Shown here piece after piece: positions 47,549 through 61,446 of a stretch of 64,000 nt of DNA. Made by a program: the position numbers and the translations under genes. The notes below the pieces were generated by a model. The model did not search any database. It had not been told where the DNA came from and saw only the letters and a list, made by a program, of their open reading frames with translations. This stretch comes from an uncultured Candidatus Rokubacteria bacterium. GTDB lineage: Bacteria > Methylomirabilota > Methylomirabilia > Rokubacteriales > DASRDR01. How positions within the stretch are numbered: the first letter of the stretch is position 1; each line of letters opens with the position of its first letter. The stretch spans positions 1 through 64,000 of the forward strand of contig CAWDVE010000020.1 in the NCBI GenBank assembly GCA_963805625.1. The letters run 5' to 3'.

Positions 47549-48730
47549 ATGACGACCCCGACGCGCCCGATCTATCTGGACTATGCGTCGACCACCCCCG
47601 TGCATCCCGGGGTGCTCCAGGCCCTGGAACCCTATCTGCGCCAGGAGTTCGGCAATCCCTCGAGCCTCCATCCCTTGGGCCGCCGCGCCGCCGAGGCGGG
47701 GGAACGGGCGCGAGGCCAGGTGGCCGGGGTCCTCGGATGCCACCCGGACGAGATCGTCTTCACCGGCGGAGGCTCGGAGAGCGACAACCTCGCCCTCAAG
47801 GGAGTCGCGCTGACTCGCCCGGGCCGGCGGCATCTCGTCACGACGGCGATCGAGCACAGCGCGGTGCTCGGGGCGGCCCGTGGCCTGCAAGAGTACTTCG
47901 GCGTCGATGTGACCTACGTGCCCGTCGACGCGAGCGGGATCGTCGACCCGGCTGCGGTCGCCGGAGCGATCCGCCCCGACACGTTCCTCGTGAGCGTCAT
48001 GCTCGCCAACAACGAGATCGGGACCATTCAGCCCGTCGCCGAGATCGCGCGACTGGCTCGCGCGCGAGGCGTGCCCGTGCACACCGACGCGGTGCAAGCC
48101 GCCGGCTTCCTCGACTTGAACGTGGATCACCTCGGGGTCGATCTCCTTTCGCTCTCGGCCCACAAGTTCTACGCGCCAAAGGGGGTCGGCGTGCTCTTCG
48201 TCCGGCGCGGGACGCCGCTGGCGCCGTTGATCCACGGCGGCGACCAGGAAGGGCGCCGTCGCGCCGGCACCGAAAACCTGGCGGGCATCGTGGCGTGCGG
48301 CGCCGCCCTCGAGCTGGTCGAGCAGCACCGCCCGGCCACCTGCGCGCGCCTGACCGCGCTACGCGATCGCCTCCTCGAGGGCATCGAAGCCGGAGTGCCC
48401 GGCGCGCTCCTGAACGGCGACCGTGGGCGCCGGCTTCCCAATAATGTGAACGTCTGCGTCCGCGACGTCCAGGGCGAGACCGTCCTGCTCGGGCTGGAGA
48501 TGGACGACGTCTACGCCTCCAGCGGCTCGGCGTGCCACGCCGGCTCCCAGGACCCCTCTCATGTGCTCCTGGCGATCGGTCGGAGCGCCGAGTTGGCCCA
48601 CACCGCCCTCCGCCTCACCCTGGGAGCGCCGACTACCGAGGCCGAGATCGAACGGGTGCTGGAGCTCCTGCCGCGGGTGGTGGCCCGCATCCGGGGGAGC
48701 GTTCTCGCTCGGTCGGGGGCTTCTGCTTGA
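47549..48730 (+). CDS. Cysteine desulfurase (NifS/IscS-type, NadS-like)
   Basis: YLDYASTTP, GNPSS, NNEIG, HTDAVQA, SAHKF, RAGTEN and SSGSAC. Confidence 0.93.
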   Translation: MTTPTRPIYLDYASTTPVHPGVLQALEPYLRQEFGNPSSLHPLGRRAAEAGERARGQVAGVLGCHPDEIVFTGGGSESDNLALKGVALTRPGRRHLVTTAIEHSAVLGAARGLQEYFGVDVTYVPVDASGIVDPAAVAGAIRPDTFLVSVMLANNEIGTIQPVAEIARLARARGVPVHTDAVQAAGFLDLNVDHLGVDLLSLSAHKFYAPKGVGVLFVRRGTPLAPLIHGGDQEGRRRAGTENLAGIVACGAALELVEQHRPATCARLTALRDRLLEGIEAGVPGALLNGDRGRRLPNNVNVCVRDVQGETVLLGLEMDDVYASSGSACHAGSQDPSHVLLAIGRSAELAHTALRLTLGAPTTEAEIERVLELLPRVVARIRGSVLARSGASA

Positions 48731-48904
48731 CCACCCTCGTCTTCCGCCCCACCGGGGAGTCTCCATAGATCGCGCCGCCACGCACCGCGCCGACGGATCC
48801 GCGCGCTCGACGCGGGCACGCGTCCTCACCCGGAGGAGTCTCGTAACTCCGCGATCCGATTAGCCGGGTGGGCCTTCTACCCCATCTGTTACACTGGTAG
48901 AGTT

Positions 48905-50684
<1,780 letters not shown>

Positions 50685-50704
<20 letters not shown>

Positions 50705-51848
50705 GCCGGCGCGACTCCTCGGCCGGCTTGCCGGTCTCAGCCTGGCCGTCCTTCTCGGTGCCGTGCCGGCCCGCGCGCAGCTGGATCCCGAGCCGCGCGC
50801 CTATCTGGAGGTCGGCACGGAGGTGCCACTCAAAGGCAACGCGCCTCTCAACGGCTACGCCTTCTTCCTCTGGAACCGCCCCCACTTCCCGGAGGCGGAC
50901 CAGTACCTGCGCGTGGTCGTGGCGCCGACCTACCTCCTCACAGAGCTCGTCCAGGATCACTGGCCCTACGGCCGCCACGCCGTCAGCGTCGGTCTGAACG
51001 GCGGCGGGATCCGGTACGGCCACTGGGAGTACCGGAACGGCAGCTACAAGGGCGAGGAGTCCTTCTGGGGCGACGGCGCCGAACTCCCGCTCTCCTACTA
51101 CGCGGGGACGAAGCTGTTCGACAAGCTGCCCCTTCAGGGCCAGATCCGCGTCACGCCGTCCTTCATCGTCTACCAGCAGTCCCTCGACACCGCGAACCGG
51201 TTCGAGCTTCCCCCCGACACCGGGCTCTTCACCGGCCGCGTTGGGCTCCGCCTGGGCGGGGTGCCGCCGGAGCTCTTGCCGCAGCTCGCTCTCGAGGCCT
51301 CGGCCTGGTACGAGGCCACGTACCGGACGAACACCGGCACGTTCGGCTTCCCCGACAGCCCGGAGCAGCTGGAGTCGCTCAGCCAGCGCGCCTGGGGGCG
51401 CCTGGCGGCCGTCGTCGCGCCCGCAGACGGGCACACGATCGACGTCTTGGTGACGGCTGGCACCTCGCGCGACGCGGATCTCCTGTCGAGCTTCCGGCTG
51501 GGAAGCGCGCTTCCCTTCCGGAGCGAGTTCCCGCTGATCCTCCACGGCTACTTCGTCGAGGAGGTGTTCGCCAAGCGGTTCTGGCTGCTGAACGCGTCCT
51601 ACCGGTTCCCCGCCTGGCCGGGCTCGCGCAAGGTTACCCTCCGGATCGCGTTCGACATGGCGGGCGTCGACTACATCGAGGGGCACCAACTCCCGCGGGA
51701 GCACCTCCGGGGGGTAGGGGGAGACCTCTCCGTCGCGTTCACGCCGCGCGTGACCATGGTCGTCGGCTACGGGTACGGCCTCGACGCCCCCCGCAACGGC
51801 GGCTTCGGCGGGCACGAGGCCCACGCGCTGATCGAGCTGAAGTTTTGA
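50685..51848 (+). CDS. Hypothetical outer-membrane beta-barrel protein (start uncertain)
   Basis: Signal peptide ending ARA-Q, aromatic-rich amphipathic strands, C-terminal Phe. Confidence 0.7.
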
Positions 51849-53285
51849 CTAGGGGGCGGGGGGACCGGGCGGCGCCGCGGGCGCGCCCGGGGCGTTCCCT
51901 CGCCGACCGCCCCGGCGGCGACGGCGCGGGCGCCCCGCGGCGGCATCGGGACTCGCACCGGGCGGCGCGAACCTCTCCACCGAGGGCGGCGGGCCCTCGC
52001 GTCGAGGCCCGTCCAGCGGGCGGCCCGGCGGGCGGCGCATCGGGCCGCCCGGGCGCGGCCCGCGACCCCCGTGCCCGGCCCGGCGCGCCTCGCGGGCCTC
52101 GGCCGACCGGCGGCGCTCCTCGGCCGTCGGCCTGATCTCAGGCAGGAACAGCGCGTCCTCCGCCCACTCCACGCGAATGCGCTGGCCGATGAAGCGCTCG
52201 ACGCCCTCGAGCGACAAGGCGCTCGCCTCGTCGACCAGGCTGATGGCCTTCCCGAACGCGCCGGCGCGCGCCGTCCGGCCGATCCGGTGGACGTAGTCCT
52301 CGGGGTCCTGGGGCAGGTCCCAGTTGTAGACGTGGGTGACGTCGGGAATGTGCAGCCCCCGCGACGCCACGTCGGTCGCCACGAGGATCCGCACGCTCCC
52401 GTCCTTGAACGCCTCCAGGGTGCGGAGACGCTTCCGCTGGTCAACATCACCGCTGAGGGCCCGGGCCGCGTGACCATTCCGCTCGAGGCGCTCCACCAGG
52501 CGGTGCACCTCGTCGCGCGTGTTGGTGAAGATGAGGATCCGCCCGCCCTGCTCGGCCGCGAGCAGGCCCAGCAGGAGGCCGAACTTCTCGTGGCGCCCCG
52601 CGTGGTAGAGCACCTGCTCGACGCGCTCGACGGTCACCTGCTCCGGCGACACCGTGATCTGCGCGGGGTTGTTCATGAACTCGTAGGTGAGCTCGAGGAC
52701 ACGGAAGGACAGCGTGGCCGAGAACAGGAAGGACTGCCGCGCTTCGGGCGGGGGCAGCCGGCGCAGGATCCACCGGATGTCGGCGATGAACCCCATGTCG
52801 AACATGCGGTCCGCCTCGTCGAGAACGAGCACCTCGACCCGGGCCGGCGACCACGCGCGCTGCTTCAGGTAGTCGATCAGCCGCCCGGGCGTCCCGATCA
52901 GCAGGTCGAGCGGGCCCTGCAGCGACTCCCGCTGCTTGATGTAGTCCACACCGCCGAAGACGAGCGCCGTGCGGAGACCCGTGTAGCGGCCGAGCTGCCG
53001 CGCGTCCGCATCGATTTGGACGACGAGCTCCCGCGTGGGCGCGATGATCAGGGCGCGCGGCGACGCCTCGCGGGGTCCGGCCGGCGGGTGGCGGAGTAGC
53101 CGGGTGAAGGTCGAGATCAGGAACGCCGCTGTCTTGCCGGTGCCGGTCTGGGCCTGCCCGGCCACGTCCTTGCCGCGGAGGGCGACGGGCAGCGCCGCTT
53201 CCTGGATGGGCGTCGCGGTCGTGAACCCGGCAGCCTGGATGCCCTGCTGGACCGCGGGCGGAACGTCGAGCTCGGCGAATCGCAT
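51849..53285 (-). CDS. DEAD-box RNA helicase (RhlB-like)
   Basis: AQTGTGKT, PTREL, DEAD, SAT, SRGL and HRIGRTAR; Arg/Gly-rich tail; ATG 53285. Confidence 0.95.
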   Translation of the reverse strand: MRFAELDVPPAVQQGIQAAGFTTATPIQEAALPVALRGKDVAGQAQTGTGKTAAFLISTFTRLLRHPPAGPREASPRALIIAPTRELVVQIDADARQLGRYTGLRTALVFGGVDYIKQRESLQGPLDLLIGTPGRLIDYLKQRAWSPARVEVLVLDEADRMFDMGFIADIRWILRRLPPPEARQSFLFSATLSFRVLELTYEFMNNPAQITVSPEQVTVERVEQVLYHAGRHEKFGLLLGLLAAEQGGRILIFTNTRDEVHRLVERLERNGHAARALSGDVDQRKRLRTLEAFKDGSVRILVATDVASRGLHIPDVTHVYNWDLPQDPEDYVHRIGRTARAGAFGKAISLVDEASALSLEGVERFIGQRIRVEWAEDALFLPEIRPTAEERRRSAEAREARRAGHGGRGPRPGGPMRRPPGRPLDGPRREGPPPSVERFAPPGASPDAAAGRPRRRRRGGRRGNAPGAPAAPPGPPAP

Positions 53286-53290
53286 CGGGG

Positions 53291-54061
53291 TCAGGCCGCC
53301 GCGGGCTTCTTCCGGCGGCCGAACAGCCGGGCGGCCACGATACCGGCCTCGTAGAGGAGGCAGAGCGGCCCGGCCATCAGGAGCTGGTTGAAGGCGTCGG
53401 GCGTCGGCGTGAGGATGGCGGCCGCCACGAAGCAGAGGAGGATCGCGTACTTCCGATTCTTCGACAGGAACTCGGGCGTCACGAGCCCGAGCCGGGTACC
53501 CAGGGTGAGGGCGAGTGGCAGCTCGAAGACGAGACCGAAGGCGAGCGTGAACTTCAGGACGAAGTCGACGTACCGGTTCACCGAGAGCGTCGGCACGAGA
53601 TTCTGCGTCTTGTAGCTGACGAGAAACTTGACCGCGAAGGGGATGATCACCTTGAGCGCAAAGGTGGCGCCGATGAAGAACATGAGCGTGGACAGGATGA
53701 CGAACGGGAGCGCGAACCGGCGCTCGTGGGGCAGCAGCCCCGGCGCGATGAAGGCCCACACCTGGTAGAGCAGCACGGGCAGGACCAGGAACGCGCCCGC
53801 GATGAGGGCGACCTTCATGTTGACCCAGAACGGCTCGGTCGGCTCGAGGAAGACCAGCTTGATCGGCTCGATCGGCTGGGCCATCCAGGTGATCAGCCGC
53901 TCGGAGAAGCTGAAGGTCGCGATGAAGCCCAGCCCCAGCGCGATCAGCGCCACCATGATCCGCTGCCTGAGCTCGCCCAGATGGGCGAGGAAGGGCATGC
54001 GGCCCTCCTCGACGTCCTGGGCATCGGCGCCGGGCGGCAAGGCCTTCCGGAAGAGCATCAC
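53291..54061 (-). CDS. tatC: Twin-arginine translocase subunit TatC
   Basis: HL.ELR.R, YQ.W.FIAPGL..HE, FELP and TPTPD. Confidence 0.96.
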   Translation of the reverse strand: MMLFRKALPPGADAQDVEEGRMPFLAHLGELRQRIMVALIALGLGFIATFSFSERLITWMAQPIEPIKLVFLEPTEPFWVNMKVALIAGAFLVLPVLLYQVWAFIAPGLLPHERRFALPFVILSTLMFFIGATFALKVIIPFAVKFLVSYKTQNLVPTLSVNRYVDFVLKFTLAFGLVFELPLALTLGTRLGLVTPEFLSKNRKYAILLCFVAAAILTPTPDAFNQLLMAGPLCLLYEAGIVAARLFGRRKKPAAA

Positions 54062-54845
54062 TCGGCCAGGGTCGCCGGCGCCGTCTCGCGCGGGTTCACG
54101 ACAAGGGTGACCTCGCCCCGGACGCCCGTGGCGGCGAGCGCCGCCCGCAGGCTCCCCGCCGTCCCCCGGCGGAACTCCTCGAACCGCTTGGTCACCTCGC
54201 GGGCGAGCACCACCTCCGCCGCGCCGAAGACCGCCTCGATCGCCTCGAGAGTCGCCAGGAGGCGGTGCGGGCTCTCATAGAGCACGACCGGGCGCTCGAG
54301 CGCCGCGAGCTCCCGCAGCCGGGTGAGCCGGCGGCCGGGCTTCACCGGCAAGAAACCCTCGAACACGAACCGGTCCGCGGGAATACCCGCCGCCGACAGC
54401 GCGGCGAGCAGCGCGGAGGCGCCCGGGATCGGCACGACCGGCACGCCCGCGTCACGGCACAGCCGGACCAGCCGGAAACCGGGATCCGACACCCCGGGCG
54501 TCCCGGCATCCGTCACCAGCGCGATCCGCGCGCCGCCCTGGAGCCGGCGCAGGAGCTCGGGACCCCGCCGCGCCTGGTTGTGCTCGAAGTAGGAGACCAG
54601 CGCCGCCCGGACCCCGTAGGCTTGGAGCAGGCTCCGGGTCCGGCGGGTGTCCTCGGCCGCGACGAGGTCGACCTCGCGCAGGACGCGGAGCGCGCGCAGC
54701 GTGATGTCCTCGAGATTGCCGATCGGGGTGGCGACGACAAAGAGCGTGCCGGCCGGTAGCGCGACCGGCGGCGCCGGCAGGAGGCCCTCGTCGTCCGGCG
54801 CCGGCCCCGGGCCAGCCGGGATGACCAGGGCCCGCTCCGGCCCGC

Positions 54846-54849
<4 letters not shown>
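54058..54849 (-). CDS. rsmI: 16S rRNA C1402 2'-O-methyltransferase (start inferred, possibly CTG)
   Basis: [35 protein letters not shown] and RE.TK.FEE. Confidence 0.93.
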
Positions 54850-56096
<1,247 letters not shown>

Positions 56097-56119
56097 TCGT
56101 TCCCCCCCGGGGCCTCCGC

Positions 56120-56791
56120 CTAGCTTCGCCGCCCGTCGCCCGCCGCGGCGGCTGCCCGGAGAACGGGCGCGTGGGACACGATGACCTGGTCCACAATCCC
56201 GTACTCCTTGGCCTGCTCGGCGGTCATGAAGAAGTCCCGGTCCGTGTCCTTCGCGATCCGCTCGATCGGCTGGCCGGTGTGGGTCACCAGGATCCGGTTC
56301 AGCTCGTCCCGGATGCGCAGGATCTCCCGCGCCTGGATGTCGATGTCCGTCGCCTGGCCCTGCACGCCCGCCAGCGGCTGGTGGATCATCATCCGCGAGT
56401 GCGGCAGGGCGAAGCGCTTGCCCTTGGCCCCCGCGCACAGGAGGAGCGCCCCCATCGACGCGGCCTGGCCCATGCAGATCGTCGAGACGGCCGGCTTCAC
56501 GTACTGCATGGTGTCGTAGATCGCCATCCCCGCCGTCACCGAGCCGCCCGGGCTGTTCACGTAGAGATACACGTCCTTGTCCGGATCCTCGGCCTCCAGG
56601 AACAGCATCTGGGCGATGACCAGGTTGGCCATGTCGTCTTCGATGTAGCTCGGCAAGAAGATGATGCGCTCCTTCAGGAGCCGCGAGAAGATATCGTACG
56701 CGCGCTCTCCGCGCGGGGTCTGCTCCACAACCATGGGGATGAGTGCCACAGCGCCTCCTACCCTGGCCCGACCTGTCGTCGGGCGTGTCAT
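56120..56791 (-). CDS. clpP: ATP-dependent Clp protease proteolytic subunit
   Basis: DIFSRLL, NSPGG, AASMG, MIHQP and DRD.F. Confidence 0.97.
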   Translation of the reverse strand: MTRPTTGRARVGGAVALIPMVVEQTPRGERAYDIFSRLLKERIIFLPSYIEDDMANLVIAQMLFLEAEDPDKDVYLYVNSPGGSVTAGMAIYDTMQYVKPAVSTICMGQAASMGALLLCAGAKGKRFALPHSRMMIHQPLAGVQGQATDIDIQAREILRIRDELNRILVTHTGQPIERIAKDTDRDFFMTAEQAKEYGIVDQVIVSHAPVLRAAAAAGDGRRS

Positions 56792-58080
56792 TCGACTTTG
56801 GCGACTTCGGCGGCCGGCTCGATCTTCGCGTGCTCGACGAGGAGTGCCAGGGTCTTGGCCTCGCGGAGCGTCAGCCGCAGCCCCTCCAGCTCGTTGCCCC
56901 GCTCGAGCATGCTCCGGATGGCCTGGGGCGCGCGTCCCGAATCCCGGGCCAGGCGCGCCACCTCCGCGTCCACGTCCGCCTCGCCGACGGTCAGCTCCTC
57001 CCGCGCGGCGATGGCCTCGAGGAGGAGCGCCCGGCGCACCGAGCGCTCGGCGTCCGGCCGCAGCTCGGCCGCGAGCTTCTGATAGTCCCAGCGGACGGCG
57101 TCCGGGTCGACCCCCTGCCGGCGCAGGCTCTCGCGGGCGTGCCCGATCCGGTGCGAGACCTCGCGGACGACGAGGCTCTCGGGCACCACGAAGGCGTGGC
57201 GCGCCAGCGCGGCGTCCACGACGGCCTCGTCGAGCGCCTGGCGATCCTGCCGGTGCCGATCGGCCACGAGCCGCGCCCGGACCGCATCCTGGAGCTCGGC
57301 GAGCGTATCGTGCGCCCCCAAGCCCCGGGCGAGCTCGTCGTCGATCGCCGGCACTTCCTTCTCCTTCACCTCGACCACTCGCAGCGCGAGCTCGCCCGTC
57401 CGCCCCCGAAGCTCCTCGCGCGGATGCCCCTCGGGGAACCGCACCTGAACCCGCCGCTCCGCGCCCGCCTTGAGACCGATCACGGCCTCGTCCATCTCGG
57501 GAAGCACCCGACCGCCGCCGACCTCGAAGGCGTAGCCTTGCTCGGCGCGCGGCTCGCCCGTCTCCGGCCGGAGCTCGTAGTCGATCACCACGAAGTCGCC
57601 CACCCGCGCCGGGCGCGCCACGGTCACGAGCGTGGCTCGCTGCTCCGCGAGCGCGGTGAGCGTCCCCTCGACGTCGGCATCGGTCACCGGCCGGGGCGAG
57701 TGCCGCGCGGTCACGCCCCGGTACTCGCCGAGCGCGATCGCGGGCTTGATCTCGACCACCGCGGTAAAGCGGAGCGGCTGCCCTTCCTCGAGCTGGAGCT
57801 CACGAAACTCCGGGTCCTCAACAGGCCGGAGCTGGGCCTCGTCCACGGCCCGGCGGTAGACCGCCGGAATCAGCGCCTCGGCGACCACCTGCCGGACCTC
57901 GTCCCCGAACCGCGACCGCACGAGCGTCATCGGGACCTTGCCCCGGCGGAAGCCGGGAAGCCGGGCGTCTCGCTGGACCCGACCGCACGCGGCCGTCCAG
58001 GCCGCCCGCACTTCTTCCTCGGGCGCCTCGACGACCAGCTGGCGCTTACAGGGATCGAGCTCTTGAATCTCGACTTTCAT
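56788..58080 (-). CDS. tig: Trigger factor
   Basis: PGFRRGKVP ribosome-binding motif and FKBP domain; precedes clpP. Confidence 0.95.
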   Translation of the reverse strand: MKVEIQELDPCKRQLVVEAPEEEVRAAWTAACGRVQRDARLPGFRRGKVPMTLVRSRFGDEVRQVVAEALIPAVYRRAVDEAQLRPVEDPEFRELQLEEGQPLRFTAVVEIKPAIALGEYRGVTARHSPRPVTDADVEGTLTALAEQRATLVTVARPARVGDFVVIDYELRPETGEPRAEQGYAFEVGGGRVLPEMDEAVIGLKAGAERRVQVRFPEGHPREELRGRTGELALRVVEVKEKEVPAIDDELARGLGAHDTLAELQDAVRARLVADRHRQDRQALDEAVVDAALARHAFVVPESLVVREVSHRIGHARESLRRQGVDPDAVRWDYQKLAAELRPDAERSVRRALLLEAIAAREELTVGEADVDAEVARLARDSGRAPQAIRSMLERGNELEGLRLTLREAKTLALLVEHAKIEPAAEVAKVE

Positions 58081-58113
58081 CGAATAGACCGTGCCATTGT
58101 CCTAGGCGAGGTG

Positions 58114-58201
<88 letters not shown>

Positions 58202-58267
58202 CGTCCCGGGTGTCGCGGCGGCGTCGACCTCCCTGCCCCCGCGCGTGATCTCGTCCCGACCTGGAGG

Positions 58268-58296
58268 AGTATACCGGACGGGGAGACCCCCGGCAA
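58268..58296 (-). promoter_or_regulatory. Promoter of tRNA-Leu/tig
   Basis: Reverse strand TTGCCG-N17-TATACT. Confidence 0.7.
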
Positions 58297-58307
58297 GAAA
58301 CCGCGTC

Positions 58308-58780
58308 TCAGGCGCCGTGCCAGGGCTCGCTGCGGATGCTGACGGTGAGCCGATGACGCACACGCCGGGCGCCACGGTGACGGCGCCGCGGCCGACATTG
58401 CCGGATTCCACGCAGAGAAATCTCGGCCACTCGTCGCCGCCGAGATCGGGCAGCGCGCGCGCCACGCCCGGGTTCCACACGACTGTCGCCTCGGAGCCCG
58501 TCTTGACGATCTTCAGGCGGCGGTGCGCGACCGGATCCTGGATGACGCAGGTGGCGTGCGTCTCGTCGTAGATGCGGCCCGTCTCGCCACGCACGACGAG
58601 GGGCGCCGCGCCGCCTCGCTTCCCCGCGAAGTCCTCCGTCTCGTCGAGAAACGCGGCGCCCTCGAGACCGGTCACCGAGAGACGCGGCAGGCCGCCGCGT
58701 CCGGCCGTGAGGTAGGCGCCCGGGGGAAGCGGCCCGCTGCCGGCCAGCAGCCCCGCCAGCGGGCCTCCGACGGACGTCAC
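58308..58780 (-). pseudogene. D-hexose-6-phosphate mutarotase (YeaD-like) pseudogene with an internal deletion and a 3' frameshift
   Basis: GRGGLPRL N-terminus fused directly to V.GLEG...VVWNP...FLCVESGN; middle motifs absent; true end (RHRLTVSI) in another frame. Confidence 0.75.
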
Positions 58781-58811
58781 CCGTCCGGCGCAGGGGTCCG
58801 TCGGCCTGAGG

Positions 58812-59564
58812 TCACTCGGCCGTGGCGTAGAGGCGAATCGACACCCGCCGATTCTGATCGCGGCCCTGCTTGGTCTTATTGTCGGCCACCGGCCGGATGT
58901 CGCCAAGCCCGATCGAGTGGATCCGGGGCAGCTCGACGCCCTTCTCGACCAGGAACCGACGCACCGCCTCCGCCCGGCGCTGGCTGAGCCCGATGTTGTA
59001 GGCGCTGGCGCCGATGTTGTCGGTGTAGCCCTCGAGCTCCACGGACAGCTGGGGCTGGTCCTGGAGCTGCTTGACCAGCGCGAGGAGCCGCGTCTGCGCG
59101 CCGTCGTCCAGCACCCACTTGTCGAAGTCGAACTGCACCACCAGCGTTTCGGTGAGCGTGCGCTTGTCCCTGCTCGCCCAGAGCTTCGTCAGGCGCTGGT
59201 CGGTCTCGGTCGCCTTCCCGAGCGCCTCCTTCGCGGTGGCGCCGGCAGCGTCCGCCCGCGTCGCCGCATCGGTGGCCTTGGCGCTCGCCTCGTCGGCCCG
59301 GCTCGCCGCCTGAGTTGCCACCGCCGTCGCCTCGGAGACCTTGCGGGTCGCGGCCTCCGTGGCCGCGCGCGTCTCGCCGAGCTCCTTCTGGAGTCCGTCG
59401 ACCCGAGCCTTCTCGTCACCGAGCGACTTGTCGACGCGGCCGACCTCGCTGCCGACCCTCTCCTGGCTCTTGGCGACTTCTTCCTGGACGAACTTCTTCG
59501 TGGCGCACCCCGTGACGATCAGGGCGCCGCCGAGAAGACCGCCGATCACCTTCCTCCACGCCAT
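58812..59564 (-). CDS. OmpA-family lipoprotein with an Ala-rich coiled-coil linker
   Basis: Lipobox VTGC; F.FDK, GYTD, YN..LS.RRA and NRRV. Confidence 0.93.
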   Translation of the reverse strand: MAWRKVIGGLLGGALIVTGCATKKFVQEEVAKSQERVGSEVGRVDKSLGDEKARVDGLQKELGETRAATEAATRKVSEATAVATQAASRADEASAKATDAATRADAAGATAKEALGKATETDQRLTKLWASRDKRTLTETLVVQFDFDKWVLDDGAQTRLLALVKQLQDQPQLSVELEGYTDNIGASAYNIGLSQRRAEAVRRFLVEKGVELPRIHSIGLGDIRPVADNKTKQGRDQNRRVSIRLYATAE

Positions 59565-59893
59565 GGTCGCGCCCTCTCGTCTGTCCGGAGTCTCGCCGAT
59601 CGCACCGCGCTAGCCGCGCGGACGGGCCCAAGTGTACCCGACCGGGACCGCGCCTGCCGGCGGAACACCCCCCGGCCCGCCAGGCGACCTACACCGGCGG
59701 ACGCCTCGGAACGCCTGTGCCCAGCACCCCGCTCCCGGCCCCGCGGGCCGACGGCGAGATCGCCGCCCGGAGCATGGACGCCCCAAGGCCATGGGCGGGT
59801 CGATTACACCACGGCGAAGGCACCCCGGGCCAGGCGGCCCGGTTGACCCTGCCCGTGAGCCCGGCTAGGTTCCGGGAGAGGAGAAACCCTGGT

Positions 59894-61108
59894 GTGAAGC
59901 GCGACAGCCGCTCCGTGGTGGCGCGCGTTCTGGCGGGCGACGTGCGCGCCGCGGAGCGCCGGCACGTCCAGCTGATGGAGAACGCCGAGGGGTTGCCGGC
60001 GCGACCGTTCCTCGGGGGCACGAGCCTCGATGTCGACCGCGCCCTGAGCGAGATCGCGATCTTCAGCGCGATGGTGCGCTGCCTTCCGAGCGGCCCCGGG
60101 TCGCTCGTGCTGGACCTGGGCGCAGGACCGTGCTGGGTGAGCGAGTGGCTGCAGCGCCTCCGGTACCGCACCCTGTCGCTCGATCTCGCGGAGGACATGC
60201 TGGCGATCGGGCGACGCCGTTTGGCGCCTGGAAGCTGGCTCTGCGCGGCGGACATGGCGGCCCTGCCGGTGAAGGCGCGCAGCGTGGACGCGGCCCTCTG
60301 CTACGGCGCGCTCCATCACGTCCCCGAGTGGGTCGACGTTCTGGGCGAGGTGCACCGGGTCCTGAAGGATGGCGGCGTGCTGGTCCTTCAAGAGCCGGGG
60401 CAGGGTCATGCGACGCAGGCGCACTCGGTCGCGCAGATGGAGCAGTTCGGCGTCCTGGAGCAGGACCTGCCCCCCCGTCAGCTCGCCCGCGCTTGCCTCC
60501 GGGTCGGCTTCTCGCGGGTCGCCATCCGCCCCGTGGCCCTGCTCTCCGGCGGGCGGAGCCGCATCCTCCCGCCCTACACGCTCTGGCGGGCCGCGCCGCG
60601 AGTCTTCCTCCACAAGCGGCTCCAGCGACTCGCGGCCACGATCACCGAACGCCTCCTGAACCTCGTCAGTCCGCTCCACATCGTCGTGGCCGCGAAGGGC
60701 GCGCCGTGGGCGGATTCCCGGAGGCCGGAAACGCTCCTCGCGCGCTTCCGGCACGTGGAGTGCCCGGTCTCGCTGCACGTCGGGGTCCCGGCGGCCTTCC
60801 GGGTCCGCGTGCAGAACACCGGGCAGACGCGCTGGATCGCGCACACGGACCGGTCCGGCGTCGGACAGGTTCGCCTGGGGCTGTCGCTCCTGGATTCGGA
60901 GGGTCGGCTCCGCCAGCTCGACTTCGGGCGGTGCAGCCTCGCGCGGGACGTCGCGCCGGGCGAGGAGGTGCAGATCGAGGGCGAGGTCCCGCCGCTTCCC
61001 GACGCCGGCCGATACCTGCTGCGCTTCGATCTGGTCGCCGAGGGGGTGAGCTGGTTCGCCGACCGCGGCACCATTCCCTGCGCGGTGCCGATCGAGGTCA
61101 CGCCCTGA
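59894..61108 (+). CDS. Class I SAM-dependent methyltransferase with a C-terminal Ig-like (NBR1/Wzt-C-like) domain
   Basis: VLDLGAG..W, LHH and RVLK.GG...EPG; C-terminal NTG..W...V.PGE...G.Y.L.FDLV.EG..WF; start inferred. Confidence 0.85.
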   Translation: MKRDSRSVVARVLAGDVRAAERRHVQLMENAEGLPARPFLGGTSLDVDRALSEIAIFSAMVRCLPSGPGSLVLDLGAGPCWVSEWLQRLRYRTLSLDLAEDMLAIGRRRLAPGSWLCAADMAALPVKARSVDAALCYGALHHVPEWVDVLGEVHRVLKDGGVLVLQEPGQGHATQAHSVAQMEQFGVLEQDLPPRQLARACLRVGFSRVAIRPVALLSGGRSRILPPYTLWRAAPRVFLHKRLQRLAATITERLLNLVSPLHIVVAAKGAPWADSRRPETLLARFRHVECPVSLHVGVPAAFRVRVQNTGQTRWIAHTDRSGVGQVRLGLSLLDSEGRLRQLDFGRCSLARDVAPGEEVQIEGEVPPLPDAGRYLLRFDLVAEGVSWFADRGTIPCAVPIEVTP

Positions 61109-61112
61109 GCTG

Positions 61113-61334
61113 TTACCGCGCGCTCGGGCCTCCGCCCGTCCGGCACGCGTGGCAGAGGCGATGGGCCTTTGAGTCGCTCCGGAACGGGCGGTCGCAGTCC
61201 AGGCAGGTGAGCTGGCGGCTGCCGTCAGGCCAGTCGTTGAGCGACTCGGGCAGTTCCTGGCAGCCGAGATGCGCGGCCTCGCCGGCGGCGACCGGGCGCG
61301 CGCACATCCGGCATCTGGGAATTCCGGTGATCAT
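61113..61334 (-). CDS. Small Cys-rich putative zinc-finger protein
   Basis: 73 aa with CxxC, H..C, CxxC...F.S...RLCxxC. Confidence 0.6.
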   Translation of the reverse strand: MITGIPRCRMCARPVAAGEAAHLGCQELPESLNDWPDGSRQLTCLDCDRPFRSDSKAHRLCHACRTGGGPSAR

Positions 61335-61446
61335 GCGTCCGCCCTTCGGCCCTCCGAACGGTCATGCGGCTCCGAGACTCCGCGAGCGGACATCCCGGGA
61401 TCAGCGGTTCGGCGGGTCCGCGCGCCGCCGCGCGAGTGTCCTCGGG

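Noticed and set aside
59565-59893. Intergenic region between the divergent ompA and methyltransferase genes as an ncRNA or N-terminal extension
   Set aside because: No recognisable RNA motif or terminator; the ORF extension is low-complexity and an SD precedes GTG 59894
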